From a virus (Duplodnaviria; Caudoviricetes): a stretch of DNA of 47,984 nucleotides. Shown here one piece after another: positions 17,085 through 24,600 of this stretch. Location: positions 1-47,984 of IMG/VR virus record IMGVR_UViG_3300048855_000206; one strand, 5' to 3'. The notes beneath the pieces were generated by a model. The model did not search any database. It had not been told where the DNA came from and was given only the letters and a program-made list of their open reading frames with translations. The number at the start of each line of letters is the position of its first letter. Positions within the stretch are counted from its first letter, which is position 1. The translations under genes were made by a program, and so were the position numbers.

Positions 17085-18066
17085 AGCCAACCACGAAGCC
17101 GATACCCTCATAGGCGTGGCTGTTGAACAGCAGATAGTTGCTACCGCCCCGCTGCACCCAGGAAACATGGTAAGGCCGCTCATCCCACTCGCCGGGGTTG
17201 AGGTCGAGGATCTGGCGCCGCCAGTTGATGTTCACGCCGTCAGCGGACGTTGCGTATTGAGCGCCCTTCACCCCGTCGAGCGGACTGTAGATGAAGTGAT
17301 AAAGGCCGTCCGCGTACCAGGCATCGCCGAGGACCGTCGTGCCGTCGCGTAGCAGATGGTTGTCCGACAGCCGCGTCCACGGCCCCCGGACGTCTCCCCC
17401 GAGAGAGACGGCGCACATGATGCCGAAGACGCTCTCCGCGTTCTTGCCAGCGTAGTAGAGACGAGGACCACCAGGCGCGTTCGGGATCAGTTTGCACCAA
17501 TACAGGTCCTCAGCGTCGCCCCCGGCGCCTTGGGTGAGCGCCGACCCTTCCTTGGTGATTGTCTTGCCATCGAGCGACGTTGCCCAAAGCAGGGTGACGT
17601 TATCCCCCAGCCCGCTACCCGGCGCGCTCGCGTTCCCTTGGAAGAAAAGAATGAACTCCGTGCCGTCGTGGAAGACGCTGCAAATCTGGGCATCGCCAGC
17701 GTCCGCCGAAGGGTCGGCCCCGAGAGGAATGACGGGGTTGTCGACCAACGGCACCCACGTCTCGAAGTCCGGGCTTAAGGCAAGCCCCACCTGATCAAGG
17801 TCGCCCGGCGAGGTGTTGTCGCCGTTGTAGTAGAGGTAAAAATTCCCGTCCTCGTCCTGATATGGCGTGCGGTCGAGATTACGAGCGAGGACGGGGGTAT
17901 AGATGCTGGCGCCGTCCCAGAGCCCCGTCCCCCCGCCGGGTGGCACTAGGAAGGGGGCGTCGGTGCGCTGCCAGGTCAGGCGCTCGATCGGCTGCAGGTC
18001 GCCCGGCTGACCGCGAAGGGCAAGGCGGGAGGAAGCACCGCCGGCGGTGAGGCCGCCGAGCATCAA
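17083..18066 (-). CDS. tail-associated five-bladed beta-propeller glycoside hydrolase-like protein (GH32/43/130-type fold)
   Basis: Repeated blades FYLYYNG...VGLALSPDFETW..NPVI, FILFFQG...WATSLDG, LYYAG, YATSADG; coupled to the tail fibre gene. Confidence 0.8.
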   Translation of the reverse strand: MMLGGLTAGGASSRLALRGQPGDLQPIERLTWQRTDAPFLVPPGGGTGLWDGASIYTPVLARNLDRTPYQDEDGNFYLYYNGDNTSPGDLDQVGLALSPDFETWVPLVDNPVIPLGADPSADAGDAQICSVFHDGTEFILFFQGNASAPGSGLGDNVTLLWATSLDGKTITKEGSALTQGAGGDAEDLYWCKLIPNAPGGPRLYYAGKNAESVFGIMCAVSLGGDVRGPWTRLSDNHLLRDGTTVLGDAWYADGLYHFIYSPLDGVKGAQYATSADGVNINWRRQILDLNPGEWDERPYHVSWVQRGGSNYLLFNSHAYEGIGFVVG

Positions 18067-19109
18067 TAGTACTCCTTCACGACGACAATGCCGGCGCCGC
18101 CAGCACCGCCAGCGGCGTTGTCACGGCCACCTGCGCCACCGCCGCCGTACAGACCGGCCCCTCCAGGGGACGCCGCGCCGGTGCCAGCAAGGCCACCACC
18201 GCCGAAGAAGGAGTCACCGCCGTTCCCGGAGAAGTTGTCCGTGGTGGCAATGCGCGAGCCGCCAGACGTTCCGCGGAGGTTAAGGTCGCCGCCTGAGCCC
18301 ACACCAGATGCGCCGCCCGTGTTGGAGCCGCTTCCGCCTCCCGTCGCGGACAAATGAGAGCCAAAGGACGTGGCGCCGCCAGCAATACCGTTGTTGCCGC
18401 CAGCGGCTCCGCCAGCGCCACCGGCACCGATCGTCACGGCCTCGGTCGCGCCCAACCCGGCCGTAATCCATTTCCGCGAGTAGCCGCCCGGACCACCGCC
18501 GGCTGCTGCGTTCGACGCAGCCGGACCACGACCGCCGCCTCCACCGCCGACGAGCTCCACCTCGACGGCGACGCACCCCGCCGGCTTCGTCCACGTGCCG
18601 GTAGCGCTGAAAATCTGGCGAGAGCCGAGGAGGTAGCCGTTCCTCGTCGACTCCAGCCCGCCAAAGGCGAGCCATTCATTCGTCCCGATCTTCACGAGCT
18701 GGAAGATCGCGTGCTGGCCATCCGACACTGGGGACAGCCCATCGACGACATCGACGGTGACGCCGGCACCCTCGGCGATCGTCACCGCGCCGGCGCCTGC
18801 CTGCTCAAACGAGAGGGTGCTACCGATCGGGAAGGCCGCCGAACCGTTCGGAGGAATCGTGAGGGTGACGCCGCTCGCGTGGGAGAGCCGCTTCAGCTTT
18901 GAGAAGGCATCGGTCAGCACCGGCGTGTAGGTACTTGCCGAGACCGTCTCGGCCGTGGTCGTGTTCCCGACGGGCCGGCCGCCCAGGGTTGAGCCGTCGT
19001 GGACCCGGAGGGACGAGTCGTCGGTGACGACTGTCACTTCCGCAAGAGCTCCAGCAAACGTGGCGTGTTGGGCGGCAGTACCGCGGCGCATGCGAACTTC
19101 AGTCGGCAT
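18063..19109 (-). CDS. tail fibre/adaptor: Mtd-like N-terminus, central beta-sandwich, glycine-rich C-terminal domain
   Basis: RMRRGTAAQHATFAGALAEVTVVTD...VHDGSTLGG; TLTIPPN...FPIG...EWLAFGGL; FSATGTWTKPAG...GGGGGG...GIVVVKEY. Confidence 0.85.
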   Translation of the reverse strand: MPTEVRMRRGTAAQHATFAGALAEVTVVTDDSSLRVHDGSTLGGRPVGNTTTAETVSASTYTPVLTDAFSKLKRLSHASGVTLTIPPNGSAAFPIGSTLSFEQAGAGAVTIAEGAGVTVDVVDGLSPVSDGQHAIFQLVKIGTNEWLAFGGLESTRNGYLLGSRQIFSATGTWTKPAGCVAVEVELVGGGGGGRGPAASNAAAGGGPGGYSRKWITAGLGATEAVTIGAGGAGGAAGGNNGIAGGATSFGSHLSATGGGSGSNTGGASGVGSGGDLNLRGTSGGSRIATTDNFSGNGGDSFFGGGGLAGTGAASPGGAGLYGGGGAGGRDNAAGGAGGAGIVVVKEYY

Positions 19110-19438
19110 TAAACGTTGCCCCAATCCTGGTCAAAGTAAGTGAGCGGGTCCGCGATGAACCCGAAATCGTAAGCGGCATCGTCCGGAAAGCCGGTGAAGC
19201 CGGCGGTCGCAGCAGCGACTAGCGCCGCGGCATCGGCTGCAGCGTCTACCGCCGTCGTGGCGCCATCCGTCGCGATGCCGGCCTGCTGGGTTGATATCTC
19301 CGCAGCCAGCTCGGCAGCCTCTTCCGACGCCGTGGTGGTCGCGAGCGCCTCATCGATATTGACGCCGATCGCGCGGATAAGTGCTTTATTCGGCCTTAGT
19401 CCGTCCGGCCAGGCGGCGGCCCAAGCTTCGCCGAACAT
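19109..19438 (-). CDS. short tail-fibre anchor protein
   Basis: Ala-rich helical protein ending YDFGFIADPLTYFDQDWGNV; TAATG coupling to the fibre gene. Confidence 0.7.
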   Translation of the reverse strand: MFGEAWAAAWPDGLRPNKALIRAIGVNIDEALATTTASEEAAELAAEISTQQAGIATDGATTAVDAAADAAALVAAATAGFTGFPDDAAYDFGFIADPLTYFDQDWGNV

Positions 19439-19605
19439 CAGCACCGCTCCCGAGGAGCGAACACGCCAATGACGTCATGGCCCGCAGGAAGGACCAGGCA
19501 GCGATATTCCCCACCGAGCATGGTCTCGACAGCGGCGTGGACCTTCTCGGCCATCGCGGCGTCGATTTCGACGGGGCGGATGACGATGATTGGCTTGGGC
19601 GTCAT
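19438..19605 (-). CDS. 55-aa hypothetical protein
   Basis: GGAG SD, MTPKPIIVIRPVEID..., TGATG coupling to the next gene. Confidence 0.6.
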   Translation of the reverse strand: MTPKPIIVIRPVEIDAAMAEKVHAAVETMLGGEYRCLVLPAGHDVIGVFAPRERC

Positions 19606-19621
19606 GGGTTCTCCAAAACTG

Positions 19622-19674
19622 AAAAAGCCCGCTCGAGGCGGGCGGTGGATATGAAAAAGCCGCCCGGAGGCCGC
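19622..19674 (-). terminator. tandem terminator hairpins
   Basis: Two GC stems, each with an A5 tract on the plus strand (19622-19643 and 19654-19674). Confidence 0.65.
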
Positions 19675-19758
19675 AGGGGATGGGTGATTTGTCTATGCGT
19701 TATCTATGGACATGATCAGTGGCGTCCACCATGCTGGCGCGAGGCAGGAGACTCGGTC

Positions 19759-20304
19759 TTGGCGATCCTCGATCTCACCTACATTGATGAATTGGTGGGT
19801 GCACGCTTAGCGCTGCACGGAGGAGAACGCGGCGCGCCTCGCATTGTAAATGGTCACCGTGTCGGCGCATCGATAAATAGAAGCTGCATTGTTATGTTGT
19901 CCGCGCTGATGCAAGCCTTCATCGAAGATGTGTTCATGGACTGCGCGAAGGAAGTATTTCCAAATTTAAGGAACGACAATAACTTTTCTGCGTATGAGAA
20001 AAGCTTTCCAAGATGGGGAAATCCCAGCGCAGAGAATGTCGAGAAATTATTCCTGCGGATCGGTATCGTTAACGTATTCGAAGGGTTTGTAATACGAGGC
20101 GCGGACGAAGCAGCGATCCGGCGCCGGCTGAACGAATTGAACCAAGTCAGAAACCAAATCGCGCATGGCATCGACGTTTTGAGATTGAACGGCGCCGTAT
20201 ACCGCCTGAGTCTGAACAAGGCCGATATTCTTCGGAAGTTTGCGCGCCGATTTGGCGACCAGTTTGAGCGACATGCTTTAATAAAAGCGCGACCTCAGAT
20301 CTGA
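19759..20304 (+). CDS. HEPN-domain protein (RiboL-PSP-HEPN/MAE_28990-like); moron
   Basis: SD AGGAG before TTG 19759; RSCIVMLSALMQAFIED, NPSAENVEKLF..IG, Rx4H motif RNQIAH. Confidence 0.85.
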   Translation: MAILDLTYIDELVGARLALHGGERGAPRIVNGHRVGASINRSCIVMLSALMQAFIEDVFMDCAKEVFPNLRNDNNFSAYEKSFPRWGNPSAENVEKLFLRIGIVNVFEGFVIRGADEAAIRRRLNELNQVRNQIAHGIDVLRLNGAVYRLSLNKADILRKFARRFGDQFERHALIKARPQI

Positions 20305-20339
20305 CATACACCCGCACTTGCTGAGCCTAGGCAGACTCC

Positions 20340-20515
20340 CAAAAAAGGATCCTCCGCAGGCGGCTTCCCGCCCCCGAGCGCCAACTCTACTTCGATCAAC
20401 CGGGGTCAGCCCAAGCCGTGCTAACGCGGAGGTGATCTGCCCCGGCTAGGGTTGTCCAGCGCGAGCTCGGCGCCGCCATCAGCCTGCACGCGATTTCAGG
20501 CATGGCCGGTCAGGC
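20340..20515 (-). pseudogene. degraded P27-type terminase small-subunit fragment
   Basis: Shifted frames give EIACRLMA, QITSALARLGLTPVDRSRV and KPPAEDPF. Confidence 0.55.
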
Positions 20516-20628
20516 TTACCCGGTCGGACAGAACCGATGCATCATAATTGCACCCCCTCGAGGGCGTCCTCATGAGAAAAATGGCCCGCATGTCGCCGCG
20601 TTGAAAGGAAGTGTTTGAGCCCCGAGGG

Positions 20629-21321
20629 CTAGATCGCTTCGATGAAGCTCAAGCTTGGGAAGGCGAAGCGGAGCAGATCGAGCGGAAGTTCGCCGGCATT
20701 GGGGTCGGCGATACGCATCTCAATCGATGGCGACAGGAAATCGATGTGAGCGCCAGTCGCCGCCGCGGAGCGCAACGGTGGGCGGAAGGTTATGTCCCAC
20801 TGATTAGCCGCGGTTTCCTCGACCCCGGTCACAAGATAAAGCCTTGTGCCAATGGAGAAGTAGATTCCCTCTGCCATACCGACGACGATTTCCTCGTCGT
20901 CGAGCTCGACAGATATCGTCGTAGCCCTAAGCGCAGCGTTGGCGGTCAGCCGAAACGGCAGAACTACTTCGTCAGGCTCGTCATAACCGGTGCCGTCGGT
21001 GAAATAGGTGCCGTCGCTGTGCGGCTGGCCATTGTTCACAACCTCGACGCCGTCGAGGGTCGCCGACAGCTTGTACTTGCAGTCCATGACGGGGATTTCG
21101 ACCGTCTCGACACCGCCGTCCATCTTGGCGATAGTCGACCGCCACGCACGAGCCTTGTCGCGCGTGACGATCGGGAACTGAGCCAAATCAGCAGCCCAGA
21201 ACCCGGCATCAGACGCCACGCGCTGGTCCCGACCCTCGAGGGCTGCGCCGCCGGAGACCGCCCGCCCTTTCAGGGCGAACGTCACCGTGCGAGGCTTCAG
21301 GATGTCCGGCCATTCGATCAT
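20629..21321 (-). CDS. distal-tail-like minor tail protein
   Basis: MIEWP...SGGAALEG...DAGFW..., FRPPLRSA; coupled to the tail-tip gene. Confidence 0.7.
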   Translation of the reverse strand: MIEWPDILKPRTVTFALKGRAVSGGAALEGRDQRVASDAGFWAADLAQFPIVTRDKARAWRSTIAKMDGGVETVEIPVMDCKYKLSATLDGVEVVNNGQPHSDGTYFTDGTGYDEPDEVVLPFRLTANAALRATTISVELDDEEIVVGMAEGIYFSIGTRLYLVTGVEETAANQWDITFRPPLRSAAATGAHIDFLSPSIEMRIADPNAGELPLDLLRFAFPSLSFIEAI

Positions 21322-23381
21322 CAGGTCACCACCACTGCGCCGCTTGCAACGGCAGTTCCCTCAACTCGTGAGGCGTTCGATGACCGGACCCAGTAGTAAT
21401 AGGTGCCGGCCGCCAGCGTCTCGTCATAGTCCTGATAGTCGTTCGGGCCGCCGTACACCGTTGACACGATGGTCGCGGTGCCGAACGTGTTGATCGTCGA
21501 GCGGTAGATATTGGCCCACGCGAAGTTTGCGCTTGCCGGGGCTCGCCAATCGAGGGACACAACACCTACGCCACCGGTCGGCACCAACCCCGTTACGGGG
21601 CCGGGTGCGGTGACATCGGAAACAGCCGTCTCGGTGATGACCGTTGACCATAGGCTTGTCGTTCCGGTCACGGTGACGTAGCGGAACTGGAAGTCGTATT
21701 CCTCGCCGTCCTCAAGCAGGCCAGTGGTGCCGGCATTCGAGCCCGGCTCGATATCGAATGTGCGCCAGGCAGTGGTGCCCTGCTTGCGGTAGCGACCCTC
21801 GGCGTAAAGCCAGCTCTCGCCGGAGTCATCCCAAGAGGCCTGCGCGTAGGCGCCGGCCGTCTCGCCGTTAATCTCGAGCTGTCCGATCGACACATCGATG
21901 CCGGTCGGCGGCGCCAGAGCCGGCGGCACGTAGTCGTCAACCGGAACTTCAGGCGGGCGGCCTTCCTCGTTCTCGGCATCCCAGTCGTAGGCCGTGGAGT
22001 CCATCGATCGGACCTGCAGCGCCGCGCCCGTGATGGTGTTTTCCTCGGCGAGGATGATCTGCACGCCGTCGATTTCGAACGTGTCGTTGATGCCGAGCTC
22101 GGGGATGACCAGGGTAATCCAGCGCTCACCAAGTGCGGCGAGGCCAACCAGATCCGTCGTAATCGTGCCAACCCACTCAGGGGAGCGGCGACGGCTTTCG
22201 ATCTTCATCAGCCGGCGGCACTGGCCGTTCGACGGGACATAATAGAGGTCCATGTCCGCGGCTATTTCGCCTCGCTCGGCGATATCCGGGACGTTCGGCC
22301 AAGGTTCTGCGTCCGTCTCCTGATAGTCGTTCGGCGCATAGAGAAAGCGCGCGCGGATCAAGTTGGCTTCCGAGAAGGCGTCGTTGCCCGCTCCGAAGTC
22401 GTAAGACCGGATATGCTCCGCAGTGATCGTCACAGTGGGCGCGCGCCAGCGACCGACAATGAAGCCAATACCGCCATCGGCGGTCGGGACGGGGCGGCCA
22501 TCGCAGGCCGCCATCATCTGGTTCAGCACGTCGACGGGCCGCTGACCGAAGTCGTAGCTGCCCCAGATCCGATAGCGGTCCTCGGCGCCGTCGGCCGTGT
22601 CGACGTTCTGCTCGCTGTCGCCGGCTGCCTGTATCCAAAGAGCCTTCGCCTGCGGCGTCAGCAAGCGGGCGTCAGAGATGGCCATGCCATCCGCATTGCG
22701 CATGTAGTCGAGCGCGACGAGCGCAGCGTTGTCGTTATATTCGGTCACCTCGGAGCCGGGGTCGTAGACCCGGCAACCCTGGATAACCGCGCGATATTGC
22801 GGCTCACCGTTGGGGTAGACCTCGCTGAATTCCTCGGCGTCGACCGGCTTCGCCAGCATCATCACCGACGCAATGCCGTCGCCGCGATGCGAGCTCGTCC
22901 ACTGCGAGCCATAGACCGAAGTCACCTCGGAGTAGGCGGTTTCCGTCGGCAGTCCGACGCGCGTCTTGACCTGTAGCCGCGGGCCGGTGTGATCGTCGTA
23001 CTTGCCGCCGACCGTCCAGCCGTTCCCGTCCAGCGTCAGTTCGGTGTCGTCGGCCCAGTGCTCAAGGAAAGCGCTGATGCGTCGGCCGGCGATGGCGAAA
23101 ATGCGATGCAGGTCGCCGCCGCTGGCCTCGGCGAAGACCATAGTCCCGCCGACTTTGACCTGCCCATAATGGGCAACGCGCGGACCCGCCGCCTGCTTGA
23201 TGGTGAACTGGCAGTCGGACGGCTTCGGAGGCTTCGGCGCGAAGATGATCGAGGCGAGGAACGAAAGACCCGCGCCGATGACACTGACAACGACCGACCC
23301 GAGGAACGTCAGCCCGCCTGCCGCTGTGACAAGGCCGAGGCTGCTCGCCGCGGCGATGACGGCGGGGATGAGCTGCGGCAT
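21321..23381 (-). CDS. tail tip / host-specificity protein (gpJ-like) with C-terminal FN3-like domains
   Basis: PRVAHYGQVKVGG, YPNGEPQYRAVIQGCRVYDP, NAALVALDY; two FN3-like repeats. Confidence 0.9.
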   Translation of the reverse strand: MPQLIPAVIAAASSLGLVTAAGGLTFLGSVVVSVIGAGLSFLASIIFAPKPPKPSDCQFTIKQAAGPRVAHYGQVKVGGTMVFAEASGGDLHRIFAIAGRRISAFLEHWADDTELTLDGNGWTVGGKYDDHTGPRLQVKTRVGLPTETAYSEVTSVYGSQWTSSHRGDGIASVMMLAKPVDAEEFSEVYPNGEPQYRAVIQGCRVYDPGSEVTEYNDNAALVALDYMRNADGMAISDARLLTPQAKALWIQAAGDSEQNVDTADGAEDRYRIWGSYDFGQRPVDVLNQMMAACDGRPVPTADGGIGFIVGRWRAPTVTITAEHIRSYDFGAGNDAFSEANLIRARFLYAPNDYQETDAEPWPNVPDIAERGEIAADMDLYYVPSNGQCRRLMKIESRRRSPEWVGTITTDLVGLAALGERWITLVIPELGINDTFEIDGVQIILAEENTITGAALQVRSMDSTAYDWDAENEEGRPPEVPVDDYVPPALAPPTGIDVSIGQLEINGETAGAYAQASWDDSGESWLYAEGRYRKQGTTAWRTFDIEPGSNAGTTGLLEDGEEYDFQFRYVTVTGTTSLWSTVITETAVSDVTAPGPVTGLVPTGGVGVVSLDWRAPASANFAWANIYRSTINTFGTATIVSTVYGGPNDYQDYDETLAAGTYYYWVRSSNASRVEGTAVASGAVVVT

Positions 23382-23773
23382 TCAATGCTCCACGCCGCTA
23401 CTACGCGGCAGTCCTGAGCGGCAACGAGGCCGCTATTCGCCTTCACCACCCACCGGCCGTCGCTTGCCAGGATGGCGCCCCACCAGCGCCCGCTGGCGCG
23501 GATGACGCCGAAGTCGCCGGGCTTTGGGTTGGTGGTTCGCGGCGCCCCTACGGAGCGCGCCAGCCTCGCCACGAGCCGCGGGAGGTGGCCTTCACGCTTC
23601 AACAGCGCGACACATTCTTCTTCGGTGGAGTAGAGTCCACGGAGATGCGCAGCGGGGTCGGTGCCGTGGTTGGCGAGCCACCAGTCCGCTAGGAAGAGAG
23701 CGCAGTCGGTCTCGCCATATGCGAACGGCTTGCGCGCCGCTCGTCGCAGAAAATCTACGAGAACTTCGGCCAA
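23309..23773 (-). CDS. tail-associated NlpC/P60-like protein (DUF6950-like)
   Basis: PFAYGETDCALFLADW...DPAAHLRGLY...PKPGDFG...AAWSI; TTG start inferred. Confidence 0.82.
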   Translation of the reverse strand: MAEVLVDFLRRAARKPFAYGETDCALFLADWWLANHGTDPAAHLRGLYSTEEECVALLKREGHLPRLVARLARSVGAPRTTNPKPGDFGVIRASGRWWGAILASDGRWVVKANSGLVAAQDCRVVAAWSIECRSSSPPSSPRRAASALSQRQAG

Positions 23774-24348
23774 ACGAGCACCTTGTTGACCAGCTTGCCG
23801 ACGTGCTCGAAGAACCGGTCGCCAGAACTGCGGCGGTTCTGGTCGCCGTCGGTGTAGCGGCCGGCGGGGACACGCGATCGCCGCAGGAAGACGTTCTCGC
23901 ACTCGACCGAAACGGTGCGCGTGGCATCAAGCCCCGCCGTCCGCTTGATGAGCATACGGCTGATGACGCCGTACCAGATCGGGAACGGGTCACCGACGGT
24001 GCCCCACTCATCGTCTTGAAGCTGGCCGTAGACCGTGACGTCACGTCCCTTGACTGCGGCGCGGTCCACCGTCGCAAGCTCGAGCATGGCCGGCGAGACG
24101 CCCGAAAGCGTGAGCGTGACCTGCGCCGCGCCGGTGCCCATGCTTCCCAGCCCGTCAATCGAGCCAAGTGTGCCGGCGCCCTTCCATGTATGGCCTCCGG
24201 CGGAGATGTCGCCGAAGCCGTTCCAGAGGCGGCGGGGATCCACTTCGCCGGGACCGAGCGTCACATCGAAGTCCAGATGGACAAGCGTTGCCAGTCGCAC
24301 CGACCGCCCTGTCAGGGCGGCCAGGGTGTCGGTGTCGAGCCATGCCAT
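23755..24348 (-). CDS. minor tail protein (gpL/hub-like)
   Basis: RLWNGFG...WKGAGTLGSI...LTLSGV...YTDGDQNRRSSGDRFFEHV. Confidence 0.82.
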   Translation of the reverse strand: MAWLDTDTLAALTGRSVRLATLVHLDFDVTLGPGEVDPRRLWNGFGDISAGGHTWKGAGTLGSIDGLGSMGTGAAQVTLTLSGVSPAMLELATVDRAAVKGRDVTVYGQLQDDEWGTVGDPFPIWYGVISRMLIKRTAGLDATRTVSVECENVFLRRSRVPAGRYTDGDQNRRSSGDRFFEHVGKLVNKVLVWPKFS

Positions 24349-24600
24349 TTAGGCGTACCGACGCCGGAGCCGCTCAAGGCGCGGGAAGAGCCGCCGAGCT
24401 AAAGCCGAGTCCGAGGCCTCTGCATCGCGGAGGCACCCAAGCGCATAGGCGTCCGCAGCCGTCGCCCCGCTCTTGCGCGCAATGCTCGATGCCCGCTCTG
24501 CCTGCTCGGCTGAGAGCGAGGAATACTGGTCCGGCTTTAACGTCCCGTCGAGGCGCGGCCAGATGACAGCAGTGCGCCGAAATAGATTCTTGAACATCAC
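24349..24600 (-). CDS. small hypothetical protein
   Basis: 83 aa, overlaps the tape-measure stop and abuts the next gene. Confidence 0.55.
   Translation of the reverse strand: MMFKNLFRRTAVIWPRLDGTLKPDQYSSLSAEQAERASSIARKSGATAADAYALGCLRDAEASDSALARRLFPRLERLRRRYA

Noticed and set aside
18063-19109. Diversity-generating retroelement suggested by the Mtd-like N-terminus
   Set aside because: No reverse transcriptase, no TR/VR repeat pair and no C-type lectin C-terminus seen
19381-19758. N-terminal 126 aa of the tracked HEPN ORF
   Set aside because: Overlaps minus-strand genes and terminators; the SD supports TTG 19759 as the start
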